A DNA stretch of 64,000 nt. Source: Gracilinanus agilis (Eukaryota). Shown piece after piece: positions 1 to 12,620 of this stretch. Under the pieces are notes generated by a model that saw nothing but the letters and a program-made list of their open reading frames with translations, was not told the origin of the DNA and searched no databases. The stretch covers positions 306,385,373 to 306,449,372 of the forward strand of contig NC_058134.1 of the NCBI RefSeq assembly GCF_016433145.1, read 5' to 3'. The translations under genes were made by a program, and so were the position numbers. Position 1 is the stretch's first letter. Each line of letters starts with the position of its first letter.

Positions 1-816
1 CACAATTTCTTTAGCTATTGCCAATTGATGGGGAAATTGTGTGATTCTTAACAGTCTTGTTTGCTCCTGTCGCCCAGCACTGGGGAATCAGAAAAAGGCC
101 TCACAAGACTGAATGTTTCTTTTGTTCCTGAGTGATTCTAGCCAAGAACTGATCACTCAGTGGCTAACTGGTGGTCGTTCTCTGCTTAGCTAAGACAGCA
201 GGCGCAGTGTATTGTGAGGAGAGAACTCAAAACCCTTCCATATTGACAGAACCAGCCCACGGGTGCTGGAGCAGCCTTCGAGATTCCAGGAACACTACCA
301 GGTCATGATGGAGCCAGTTAGGAAGCAGCAGGGCCTCTGCCTCCCAAGCCAGGGGCCCTTTTGAAGTCATTTTAAGAGGTCCAAGGCATGGTTGAGTGCA
401 ATGGAGATGGAGAAGAGGAAATAGATGGCAGAGCCTTCCTTTGCCCAACAGGTGTATGTTGGACAGCAACCCCAAGAGCAGAGTAATGGGCTTTCACTGT
501 TCCCAATGTCCCCACTTGAAAGAACAGTCCCACCCTGTCCCCTCCCTGATCTTCCATCTCTGCAGTTACCAAGTTAGTTCCCTCTAATGGGGATTCCATC
601 ATCACTGAACTATGTTTGGAAGCTAATCCGGGAAGAGGCATGGCTGAATGGGTTTTAGTACCTTAAGGCCATTAAGCTTGCCCTCCCCCCTCTTGGTTTA
701 GCACAGCTGCCCCTTCCGTCACTTTGGTGCAGCCAAACAACTTGAGCCATGGTGGCACTCAAGTTGTCCCGGAAAGCCTCAGGAAGGATTGGCAATGGCA
801 AAATGTCCCCAGAGAC

Positions 817-1010
817 AGCTGGGTAGCTCAGTGGATTGAGAGCCAGGCCTAGAGATGGGAGGTCCTGGGTTCAAATCCGGCCTCAGACACTTCCCAGCTG
901 TGTGACCCTGGGCAAGTCACTTGACCCCCATTGCCTACCTTTACCACTCTTTTGCCTCGGAGCCAATACACAGTATTGACTCCAAGACAGAAGGTGAGGG
1001 TTTAGGAAAA
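817..1010 (+). mobile_element. Young tRNA-derived marsupial SINE (SINE1-type) with 17-bp TSD
   Basis: Head agctgggtagctcagtggattgagagccagg, B-box ggttcaaatcc, A-rich tail; TSD aaaatgtccccagagac at 800-816 and 1011-1027. Confidence 0.9.
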
Positions 1011-1811
1011 AAAATGTCCCCAGAGACTATGGGGCTCCACTCACATAGATTCATCTCCCAGATTAGAACGGTAGCTTTTTTTTAGTCTGGGAGTAGTTTG
1101 GCATCATTGAAAATGCTGTAGAGTTTCACAAAAGCAATTCAACTCAGTCTTCTGTTTAGTTCTTTTTCTTTTTTTAAACTCTTCCCTTCCCTTCCTCTTT
1201 CTTGCCTATCTTTCCAGCCTCATTTCAGGTGGCTTTTCTTTGAGCTCTACATTTTCAGTAGGTGGCCTTTTCTGCAGGCTTTTGTGATTGGCTTTTTGGT
1301 TGTTTAGTAGTTTTCAGTTGTGTCTTACTCTTTGTGACCCCCTTATGGGGTTTACTTGGCAAAGAGACTGGCATGGAGGAAACTGAGGTCACACAGGTAA
1401 GGATCTGATGCCAGATCTCAACACAGGTTCTCCTGACTCCAAGGCGTGCGCTCCAGTCACTGTGCCAGCTAGCTGCCTAATGTGAGTGGTAGCCCACCTC
1501 AAAATCGGAGGCATTTATGCATGGGATCAGATTGATGTGTTACTCATTGTGTACAGAAAATGCCCCCTCTTCATTCTCTGAAATATGTTGGTTCACGAGG
1601 CGAAATAAGCATTATGGTCTTCCTACTGACTTAGTGGGAGTTGTGCCAGATGAGATGGCCAAGAGTCAAGTAAAACGAGGCCTTCTTGACTCTTGGTACA
1701 CCATCAATCAATCAACATTTATTCAGCATCTATTATGTTCTTGGCATTGTGCCAGGCCATCAGGGTACAAAGACAAAAGTTCATCAGTTCCTGACCTCAG
1801 GGGGTTTACAA

Positions 1812-1943
1812 NNNNNNNNNNNNNNNNNNNNNNNNNNNNNNNNNNNNNNNNNNNNNNNNNNNNNNNNNNNNNNNNNNNNNNNNNNNNNNNNNNNNNNNNN
1901 NNNNNNNNNNNNNNNNNNNNNNNNNNNNNNNNNNNNNNNNNNN
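1812..1943. other. Assembly gap (132 N)
   Basis: Run of N. Confidence 1.
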
Positions 1944-2419
1944 CCCAGCACTAAAATACCCCAGAGTCAAAGACTCTGGGGGTTCTGGGGACAGTGTCTC
2001 TGAGAGAATCACTGCCCTAGATGATTCTCCAAAGAACGAGAGAACATAAGGATCTTATACTTTTGGGAGAACTAAAGACTGGGAAGTATGGTTGATTGGC
2101 TTTACAATGGCTACAAGGAAATGAGGAGTCCAAAACAGGATTATCAGGGAGAAGCTGATGCTTTACAATGGATACTAAAGAAAGAGTATGGCCAAGGCCT
2201 GGGCTTCCTAGGAGAGGACTTTGATACAATGGAAGAAACTTCTAAGACAAAAAGAGTACTTAACATCTGATTATATCTACTAGTCCCACCTAAATTGGGA
2301 TCATAAATACTTTAAGGTCATTGTTCAGTCTGAAACAAGGTCAGTCTGGGTCTCCCCTTGAGATAAATTCCCAAGGAATAGGGGCAAACTTGGGGTTTGT
2401 AATGCAACCCCTCTTCACC

Positions 2420-4190
2420 TCTGCCTTTTGGAATACCTTCTTTCTTTTTTTAAGATATTTTTAAACATTTTTAATTAAATTAAATATTTTAAAATATTTT
2501 ATTTTTATTACATGTAATAATACCAATTTTTAACATAGATTTTACAAAATCACAAGATCGAGATTGTCTCTCTCTTCCCTCCCTTCCCCCTTCTCAGAAA
2601 TGGCAAGCAATTTGATCTGGGTTATACATGTATTGTCATGCAAGACATACTTCCACATTGATCATTGTTGTCAGACAATACTCATATGATACCAAAACTC
2701 CAATATAAAAAACACAAATTAACTAAAGTGAAAAACTATAAATTTTAATCTGCATTCCGACTCCAACAGTTCTTTCTTTGGAGGTGGATAGCATAATTTG
2801 TCATAAGTCCTTTGGAATCGTCCTGAATCATTGTATTGTTGAGAGTAGCAAAGTCTTTTAGAGTTGATCATTCCACAATCTTGCTATTATTGTGTACAAT
2901 GTTCTCTTGGTTCTGCTTGTTTCATTCTGCATCAGTCATGGAGGTCTTTCCAGCTCTTTCTGAAATTATCTTGTTCATCATTCCTTACAGCACCACAGTA
3001 TTCCATCACCATCATATGCCACAATTTGTTCAGCCATTCTTCAATTGATGGACATCCCTTTAATTTCCAATTCTTTGCCACCACAAAAAGAACTGCTATA
3101 GATATTTTTGGTCAAGTAAGTCTTTCCCCCTTTTTTATTATCCCTTTGGGATATAGACATAGTAGTGGTATTACAGGAACAAAGGGTATGCTCAGTTTTA
3201 TGGCCCTTTGGACACAGTTTCAAATTGCCCTCCATAACGGTTGGATCATTTCACAACTCCACCAACAATACATTAGTGTCCCCATTTTGCCACATTCCCT
3301 CCAACATTTACCAGTTTCTTTACTGTCATATTGCCTAATCTGCTATGGGTGGGGTAATATACCTCAGTGTTGTTTTAATTTGCATTTCTCTAATCAGAAG
3401 AGATTTAGAATATTTTTTCATAGGATTATTGATAGCATTGATTTCTTCATCTGAAAAGTACTTCTTTGTGTCCTTTGACTATTTGTCAATTGGAGAATGG
3501 CTTTATTCTTATAAATTTAACCTAGTTCTCTATAGATTTGAGAAATGAGACTTTTATCAGAGAAATTTGTTATAAAAATGTTTTTCCCAGTTTGTTGCTT
3601 CCCTTCTAATCTTGGTTGCATTGGTTTCATTTGTACAGAACCTTTTTCATTTAATATAATCAAAATCATTCATTTTAGATCTTATAATACTTTCTATCTC
3701 TTGTTTGATCATAAATTCTTCCCTTCTCCATAGATTTTTAGGTAACTATTCCACATTCTCCTAATTTAATGGTATCACTCTTTATATCTAAATCGTATAC
3801 CCATTTTGACCATATCTTGGAATAGGATGTGAGACATTGGTCTCACCTAGCTTCTGCCATACTGTTTTCCAATTTTCCCAGCAGTTTTTGTTAAAGAGTG
3901 ACTTCTTTATCCCCAAAGCTGGGATCTTTGGGTCCATTAGACACTAGGTTGCTAACATCATTTACCCCCTGTGCATTGTGTATCTAATCTATTCCACTAA
4001 TCTACCATTCTATGTCTTAGCCATTACCAGACCGTTTTGATGATTGCTGCTTTATAGTACAGTTTGAGATCTGGTACCGTCCTTTATATATATTTTCATT
4101 CAATCCCTTGATATTCTTGACTTTTTATTCTCCCAGATCAATTATGTTATTACTTTTTCTAGTTCTAGAAAATCATGTTTTGGTAGTTTG
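2420..4190 (-). mobile_element. LINE-1 3' fragment (degenerate ORF2 C-terminus and 3' UTR)
   Basis: Frameshifted L1 ORF2 C-terminal sequence (atccctttggg...agtagtggtatt, ctaatcagaagagatttagaatatttttt) and a T-rich tail at the left end. Confidence 0.85.
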
Positions 4191-4360
4191 TTTGGTATGG
4201 CCTTGCTTTCTTTCAAAGCTGAGCTCAAACACCATCGCTGTATGAGGCCTTTCCTGATCTCTGTGCTTCCATCCCTAAAATATTGTTTTTTCATTTGGTC
4301 TGTATTCTACATAGACTTCTATCTAGAACTATCTATACATATTGGCTCCTCCGTTAGAAC

Positions 4361-7300
4361 TGTAAGAGGGGAAAATGGGAATTATCATGGTTGGACTAGA
4401 TATTTAAGGTTTGGTTGCCAGATTGATTAACTTGATTTTGAAATAAAAGAGACCCAAGTCAGGATGACTTTTATGGTGGTTTATTTACAATTAGGAAGGC
4501 TGAAGGTGGGAAATTGAGAGAGAGAAACTCCGGCCCAGACCGGAGGCCCGAACCAGGTAGGAATTCAGAGGCCCCAGCAAAGGGGACACAGAGGTTAATT
4601 AAACAAGGCTTCTAGCCACAAGGCCTCCTCTAAGAAGAGAGGTAAGAGAGGCCTCCCTGAGGCTGGAGCCTCCAGAAACACCAAGGGAAGAGAAGGAGAG
4701 TCAGCCTGACTTACTCACATGACAATTCAGAGGGAAGCTATCTAAGGTCTCACCAGAGCTCCTTCAACACCAAGTTCAAAGCTCCAACAGCCTTCCATAG
4801 GAAGTTACCATCAAATTTAAAAGAGAGCATCTTTTGTCACTTCCTGCATCCATCTCCAGTTTCACATGAACAAATGGCAGCTTCAACACTGTTTTGGACT
4901 GCCCAGGGGGCAGCCACTTGTTTTTGATTTGTCACTTACTATCATATGTAGGTCACAGACCTCCCCCTCCCCACTTAATTCCAAGTTGGATGGGTGACAT
5001 TATTCCTGGTGGCTAAAGTCTACGAATGAGGGGCTGCTGGGTAGCTCAGTGGATTGAGAGCCAGGCCTAGAGAGGGGAAGTCCTAGGTTCAAATATGGCC
5101 TCAGACACTTCCCAGCTGTGTGACCCTGGGCAAGTCACTGGACCCCCATTGTCCACCCTTACCACTCTTCCACCTAGGAGCCAATACACAGAAGTTAAGG
5201 GTAAAAAAAAAAAAAAAAAAAAAAAAGAATGAATGAGGGTGAGCTAATTCCATTTACACAATCCTCCCTGATGATCCTTGGGTGCCTAGTCATCCCAAGT
5301 GATCACTTTACATAATCATCTTGTACCCACAAGGGTCTTCTAACTACAATAGTTAGAGATAAGAGGGGAATGGAAGAGAGAGAAAGCAAAACCAATGTTT
5401 TTCTCGGGGCACTGACAAAGAAAACAATTGGGGGCAGTCCCCTTTTGGCATAAAATGTACATTTAAAGTAATTTTTCAACCTCCTTCAGTTCAATCAGTT
5501 GTAACATTCTGGATCCATTCTGGATCTCTTGATGCAGCGTAGATTCTTCAGGCATCTTTCTGCAAACAGTTCATTCTCTGGATTAAGAAGTTAGCAAGCT
5601 TTTTCCCCTGTAAATTTTTTTCTCAAACAAAAATTTAAATCTTGGATTTTATAAAAAACACAATCCCCCCTGAATAGGGTGTTTAAAAAAGAAACACCCA
5701 GATCAGCTCAGGATACATGGTTGAGTTATGGGGGTGTATGAGTCAATTCAAAAGAAAAAACAAAAAACATAAAAGAAAAACAAATAGAAGAAAAAATTAA
5801 ACTTTGGGAGAAAGAAAAAAATCAAAATCAGAATCAACATATCAAAATCTATGTATGTAAAAATTTCTGAATAAACAAAAATAAATTCATAACAGGCCCT
5901 TGTATTAGGGTCCAATTAAGGGAATTTCTATCCCACTAGTCTGTAGGACAAAATGAAGTAATATTGCACTTACCCATTGGCAGCCAAGACTACAGGAAGT
6001 TGCCATTCTATAAAAGAGAAAAGAGGACCAGATTTATGTGCAAAGGAAGTGTCATTCCCTGGTCTGATTTACCTTCACTCTCCCGGATAGGGTGAGCCAG
6101 GATGATGGCCAACCTTCGATACTCGACTGGTAGTGTAGTAGGAAGTGTCCTACGTCTTAACATATGTTAAGCATCGCAACTTTGAGTCTTACACTAAATT
6201 CAAGTCCTTAGTACTGGCATGGAAGTTCCTCATTCCCACCTGTATTTGTATGGTCTTTTTGACCTTGTGCTCCTTGGCACTGTGCAGTTTCTCATCAATC
6301 CCATTGGGATTGGTTGGTCAGTCTCCATAACCTTGTGCCTTCTTAGCACTGTTTAGTGGCTCTTGTGTTCCCTTCTCCTGGAATCAGACAGAAACATTAA
6401 TCACAGTCCCATAATATTTACAAATACTTGGCAGGTTCCCAAAGTCTACCTTGTGAGTAAGCATTAATATTATAGCAAATATATAAACAATGAACTTATA
6501 TCACTGCAAAAATAAAAAGATTAATAGTGATTATATGTACTTTAAGTATAAGAAATGAGAAAAAGGGAAAAGAGTAAATTATTCTATTACAAAATAAAAG
6601 GAAAAGCAATAAGAAAATTAAAAATAAATTCAGGGAAAAAATACAATGTGATTCCAAAAACAGCATCCATTGTCTATGAACTGTTATCTCCAATGCATGT
6701 GACAAGAAACAGCCAACCAGTTTCAATAGAAGATGCTGTCTTTACATGTGAGTAATGAATCCAAAAGTCCTTTTCTCCCATTTTTTATAGCTATTGGAGT
6801 GGTTAATAATATTTGGAATGGCCCTTCCCATGAAGGCTGAGTTGCTCCAGTGCACTGGAAATTCTTTATATACACCTTGTCACCTGGGTTCAAGTCATGA
6901 AGTGAAAAGTCTATTGGTCCTGCTTGTACTGCAGTTCCGGATGCATGGATTTCAAGCAGTGTGTGCTGCAATTCCTGTATATAGGAAGCAATAGAAGTAT
7001 CTCCTCCTAATAGTGATGTATATGCAGGAGAAAAAGGCTTAGCCTGTATAGGGGGATGTCCAAAAAGCATCTCATATGATGAGATATGTAGATCTCCCCT
7101 GGGCCTGCTTCGAATCTAAGGTAAAATAGAGCCAAAGGGAAAATTTCAGGCCATTCTAAATGTGTCTCAGTGCATAATTTGCCAATCATAGTTTTAAATT
7201 CTCTGTTTCAACTCATCCTTTCTCATCCTTTCAACTTGGCCTGAGCTCTGGGGGTGATATGGTACATGGAATTTAGGGGTTGCTCCCAAACAGGAATATA

Positions 7301-7778
7301 TTTCAGATAAAACTGAATCAGTAAAACAACTTCCCCTGTCCGAATCAATACGTGCAGACAGGCCAAAACGAGGAATGATTTCTTTTAAAAGCACCTTGGC
7401 AACAAAAACCAATGTGGCTCGGGCAGTAGGAAATGCTTCTGGCCACCTGGTCAGTTGATCCACTATGACTAGACAGAATTTATATTGTCCAGCCTTTGGT
7501 ATTGTTATGAAATCAATTTGCAGGTGCTCAAAATGTGTGTAAGCCAGGGGACACCCACCAAAAGCCTTGCCTTGAAAGGCATGTTGGTTATATGCTTGGC
7601 AGGTAGGGCAAGCTGCACACACTTTAGAGGCTATAGTAGTTATGCCAAGAACTATCCATACCCTTTTAACAGAGTCCACAATGCCCTGGGTACCAAAATG
7701 ACCATTTTTATGAATTGATTGGCAAATTTTCTTCTTCAGGGGAAAATGTGTTATTAATTCTCCTTGTGGGGGGGGCAT
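4361..7778 (-). mobile_element. Truncated class I (ERV1-like) provirus: integrase remnant, internal region and 3' LTR
   Basis: ORF 7194-7778 has the integrase HHCC finger (H..GHFG...CPTCQ) and catalytic core (LQIDF, IVDQLTRWPEAFP, IDSDRG, YHPQSSGQVERM). It continues through frameshifts in 7007-7189 and 6723-7070 (WEGPFQILLTTP). A purine tract GGGAGGAT precedes an LTR spanning about 5260 to 4361 (TG...CA). Confidence 0.88.
5031..5226 (+). mobile_element. SINE1-type element with long poly(A) tail, inserted into the ERV LTR
   Basis: Same SINE head; poly(A) tail of over 20 nt; gaatgag duplicated on both flanks; LTR sequence is continuous across the insertion. Confidence 0.88.
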
Positions 7779-7779
7779 A

Positions 7780-8677
7780 TGTTTTATAATCAGAATGTCT
7801 ATATTATAATCTAGAATGTAAAATTTAATTCTTTTGAGAGTAATTTCAGGGGGGAATGTATAGTTCTCCTCAGAAGGGAATGTATGTTTTATAATCTATA
7901 ATGTAAAGTTGAAATTCTTTGAGAGTAATTTCAGGATAATAAATTTGCCATTTCCCCAGAATCCAGACAACAAACCTATTTGGAGAAGGTACCATGAAGA
8001 TGCCTGAAGATCCAAAATGAATGTTGGGGAATTGAATGCATTTGTTTTGAATGTATATTCTTATGCCAAAGGGGACTGCCCCTAATTGGCTTTTTGTGAA
8101 TGCACCTAGCAATCATAGGATCATTGTTTTTGTCCTCTTTTCTTTTTATCCTCAAATTTCTGTAATTTAAAATTTAGTTATGTTTACAAGAGCTTACGTA
8201 TGGGGAGACCAGTCTCCCTCCGCTCTTCAGGTGGGGAATGTGATATTGGAAATTTGGGAATCCTTGAACTAATTTTGAGGTCCCTGATCTAAACTTCCTG
8301 TGGACATTTAGGACTCTTTCAAAACTACATTTCCCATGATTCCTCGTGCATAATGAGGTGGACAGGAAGTGTGATAATGTAGACAGAGGTATAAAGACTC
8401 AGGACAGGACTGGTACGCTGAAGCAGCTTGATGGGCAGAGGTATGGCGCGGCTTTTGAACTAAATCTTTTTTTTTAAACCCTTAACTTCTGTGTATTGGC
8501 TCCTAGGTGGAAGAGTGGTAAGGGTGGGCAATGGGGGTCAAGTGACTTGCCCAGGGTCACACAGTGAACTAAATCTTAATAGGCACATGGCTTCATTTTT
8601 CTAAATGGCTTTCAATAAACCCTTTGAAACCATGATATTTTTAATTCTGTCCCTCTATATTAATTTTATTTGTTACA
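7780..8677 (+). mobile_element. Non-autonomous LTR element: internal 3' part, PPT and LTR (LTR ~8239-8677, interrupted by a SINE fragment)
   Basis: PPT aggtggggaa followed by TG; aataaa within the LTR; internal segment 7980-8230 closely resembles 52080-52350. Confidence 0.65.
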
Positions 8678-9589
8678 TAATGTAAGCTTCCTGAGGGAAA
8701 GAACTGTTTCATTTTTCTCCTGGTATGTCCATGCATAACATAACATAGTTCCTGTCACACAGTGCTTACTTGCTAGATTCCAACCTCCCAGTGCTTGCAC
8801 TCCCCTGGTACCATAGCCTTCAAGCATGCAGAGTTGCCTCCAGGAGCCCAAAGCCACATGGCTGGTAAACAGTAAACATAGGATTTGCACCCAAGTTTTT
8901 GGACTCCAAAGCCTCCAGAGGTCCTTTCTAAGAGGTTCTTCCTAAGCCATTCTATTTAGTTGGATTGATGAAGCTCTGTACTAGGATAGAGGACTTGGGG
9001 ATGGAGAAAAAGGAACAGATGACAGAGGATTCTTCCATGATCAGCCGCCAGGACCTTTCAACTGGAAGGCAAAGGGATGGTTGAACGGTGCCCCGTGTTA
9101 CACTGATTTGTGAATGGACAGGAACTCCCCGGGGCAGAGAAAGGGACTCTTGGTGTTCCCACTTTCCCTAGTTGAGTGAACCCCTCCCTTTGGCACCCCC
9201 TCCCTGGAGTCATTGATACGTCTGAGCTGCCTGGGGTGCTTCCTCGTAATAGGGACCCCAGGTCCTTGCCCAAGGCTATGAGGGAGAGGGAGGCAGGGAG
9301 AAGAGCTGGCTCCTTACCGGTCTCCTCGTTCCATGCTCACCCAGACATCGGGTCACGTACTCAACTTGTCTTTCCCTTCCGAGGGACCCATGTCCCCCAT
9401 GCCTGCCCGGGCCAGTTCTTGTCTTAGTCTCCCCCTCCTGGATTATTCAAGTGTCTCCCTTGAAATAAAGGGGGATGAATGGGGCGTCCATGGGGACTCA
9501 GCTGGAGGGTAGCGGGTGCAAATAAGGGGGGGGGGCGACCATAGGATTTTAGACCTCGTTCTGGGATGGGGTGCAGAGACTCTGTCATT

Positions 9590-10640
9590 CCCCCAACCCT
9601 CACTGCCTCATTTTACGGATGAGAAAACCAGAACCTGAGGAGGTTAAATGACTTGCCTGGTTCACATATAGGATCAAACTGCTAATAATTAATAATAATG
9701 ATGCAGCTAGTTGGTGCAGTGGGTAAAACTGGAGTCAGGAAGACCTGAGTTCAAATCCAGCCTCAGGCACTTACTAGCTGTGTGATCCTGGGGGTGTCAC
9801 TTCCCCTCGGTTTGCCTTAGTTTCTTCAACTGTAAGGGGAAGATCCCAGGACGTGGTGAGAACGAATAAGACAATATGTGTAAAGTGCTTAGCACGGTGC
9901 CTGGGTGCCTGGCTCATAGCGCATGCTAGATAAGTGACTATTCTCTTTCCCCTAATAATGATAATAAATACGTTTATAAAGTGTCGGTCAGTCAACTAAC
10001 ATGCACTATTAATTCCCTACTGTGTGCCAGGCACTGTGCTAAGGGTTGGGAACACAAAGAACTGCAAAAGACTGTCTTGGGAGCAGCTGGGTGGCTCAGT
10101 GGATGGAGAGCCAGGTCTGGAGATGGGAGCTCCTGGGTTCCAATGTGGCCTCAGACGCTTCCTAGCTGGGTGACCCTGGGCAAGTCACTTGACCCCCATT
10201 GCCCAGCCCTCACCGCTCTTCTGCCGTAGGACCAATACATAATATTGATTCTGAGATGGAAGGGAACTTAACAAAAAGAAGGAGGCGGTCCTTTCTCTCT
10301 AGGCGCTCCCAGTCTCACCGGGGAGACAACATTTAAACAGCTCCATCCAACGAAGCCAGATTCTGGATCATGTGGAAACAGTCAATAGAAAGAAGATGTG
10401 GAACTGGGGGATGGGATCAGGGAAGGTTTCCTGTAGAAACTAGAAGTACCATTTCATTTTATCCTCACGACAACCCTGGGAAAGTCAAATGATTACCCCC
10501 ATTTTGCAGATGAGGAAACAGAGACACATGGAGGTTAAATAAGTTGCCCAGCATTACAAAGCTACTAAGTGTCCGAGACAGGATTTGAACTCAGGACTTA
10601 CTGACTTTAGGTCTCATATTCTAACCCTCTGTGCTTCCAG
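9590..10640. repeat. MIR/CORE-SINE fragments (others at ~27100-27320, 31250-31370, 41000-41240, 61850-62180)
   Basis: CORE motifs cctcattttacggatgagaaaac, cccattttgcagatgaggaaacagag, cctcagtttccccat. Confidence 0.7.
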
Positions 10641-11379
10641 GCTTCCTAGTCCATTCCCACCCCCACCCCCCCCACACACACACACCCAATTTACAGAAGA
10701 GTCAAGCAAGGTACAGAGATTCAATCCCGTGCCTCGGGTCACAAAGAGGGGATCTGAACCCAGCTTCTGCTGCTTGTTCTTATTCCTCCCGTGACTGTTA
10801 GCAAAGAGTTTCATCTACCCTACCCCGGCTCGTCTCATCTGTAAAATAAGGACAAGGCTCATTAGAGTCAGAGTCGAGACTCGAACCCAGACCCTTCCTC
10901 AGCTAATGGTTCTCAAGGCCTGGCAATTCCTAGGCTTATAGACTGGGGGGGGGGGGGGGTGCCAGGGCCCTCTCATTCTCCCTGTGCTGGAGAGACCTTC
11001 GGAGATGGGTCTGGAGGACAGGCAAGACAGGGCAGCCCCAAAGTCCCGAGAGGTGACTGGGGGTGGGAGGGATGCTCTAGCCCCAGGGGTGGGGAATGGG
11101 AAATGAGCATCTATAGAGCACCTACTGTATGCCAAGCCTTGAGCTGAGTGCTTTAGAATCTTGTCATCTCGGTCCATCCCTACAGCCACCCTTTAAATGG
11201 TTTTGTATTTTAATAACACATTTTCACATATGTTTTCCGGAGGGACGTGAGCCATGCCGCCCCTCCCCCCATTTTGACTTTGCCTTGGCACCGGCCTAGC
11301 TTTTGCCAAACCATTTCCCAGCGTTCCCAGCAGCTTCTGTCAAGCAGGGAGCTCTTCGCCCCAAGCCGGGATCGTTGGC

Positions 11380-12620
11380 TTTATCGGAGGCCACTCGGCC
11401 CATCTAGGCCCCCGCTGCCCCTCTTGTCTCTTGGCAGGCTGTGTGGATGGTGGCCACTTCACGGTCCAGCTGGAGATCCGGCCCCGCCGCCCGCCGCCGC
11501 CCGCCGCCGCCCACCCGGCCGCCGCCGCCCACCCGGCCGNNNNNNNNNNNNNNNNNNNNNNNNNNNNNNNNNNNNNNNNNNNNNNNNNNNNNNNNNNNNN
11601 NNNNNNNNNNNNNNNNNNNNNNNNNNNNNNNNNNNNNNNNNNNNNNNNNNNNNNNNNNNNNNNNNNNNNNNNNNNNNNNNNNNNNNNNNNNNNNNNNNNN
11701 NNNNNNNNNNNNNNNNNNNNNNNNNNNNNNNNNNNNNNNNNNNNNNNNNNNNNNNNNNNNNNNNNNNNNNNNNNNNNNNNNNNNNNNNNNNNNNNNNNNN
11801 NNNNNNNNNNNNNNNNNNNNNNNNNNNNNNNNNNNNNNNNNNNNNAGAGGCTGAGGGCACTGCCGGCAGTCTGGAGCCCGGGAATGGGCCTCTCTGACCT
11901 CGGGAGGGGAGGGGGAACCTGTGACCCAAAGTCCAGCTCCGCCCCCAGCAAAGGAGTATTTCTGGTCTGGCCTGGTTGGGGAGCTGCCATATCCTCCTGT
12001 GAAGAAAGGAAGACAGCAGCATTCCGAGAAAGCTCTGGTATCGTCCCTCTGGCAATCTCTGCCTCTGGCTGCCCACCTCTCCCCCACTGCCCCGCTTCCC
12101 GTGGGGGCCCCTCACTGCTCTCCTGGAGCCTCCCTCGCCCGGCCTTCCTAAGGGCTGCCCCGTGCCCTCTCCTGGACCCCTCGGTCGCCCTCGTCCCTTG
12201 CCCCCCCTCACGCACCTCCTCCCCAATCTCTCCGTCCCAGTGGAATATGGGGGGACGCGAAAAGGGAGGGAGCAGGGGACTTCCAGGAGGTTCGGGCCCC
12301 AATTCAGGGCCCCTTCTCTGTCCTCCCACACCTGTTCTGGTCCCACTCTTCTCCTCCGTGCCGCCTGTGGCTCCGCCAGCTGCCTCCCTTCAGACCCTTC
12401 CTCCTCCACCATGCTCCGGGGGCTGCCATTATTTATCATCCTCCTGGGCCTTCTGGACCTGTCACTCTCTGGAGTCTGGACCAGGTCAGTCTAGTCCCGT
12501 TGGACCCCTCGGGCCTCATTCCAGAAATGCCAGGACCCGGCATACCCGGGACCCCCCTCCCCATACCTCAGTACCCAGAGCCGACGACTGGGAGGATGAG
12601 CCAGGGGCGGCAACGTGAAG
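11380..12620. promoter_or_regulatory. GC/CpG-rich island spanning an assembly gap, immediately upstream of the candidate peptide gene
   Basis: Dense CpGs and (GCC)n-like repeats at 11480-11539; 306 N at 11540-11845. Confidence 0.55.
11540..11845. other. Assembly gap (306 N)
   Basis: Run of N flanked by extreme GC content. Confidence 1.

Noticed and set aside
817-890. tRNA-like A/B boxes
   Set aside because: Heads of tRNA-derived SINEs, not tRNA genes: no cloverleaf, and followed by SINE core and tail.
2864-3454. 196-aa + ORF
   Set aside because: Antisense reading of a degenerate L1 ORF2 3' end.
9176-9427. GVIDTSELPGVL resembles the MIOX C-terminus GLIDKYCPGIL, with AATAAA at 9464
   Set aside because: Short gapped match, no acceptor, wrong termination; cannot support a MIOX call.
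11340-12618. Long ORFs (216-395 aa) in several frames
   Set aside because: They run through 306 N bases, so length and frame are artefacts.
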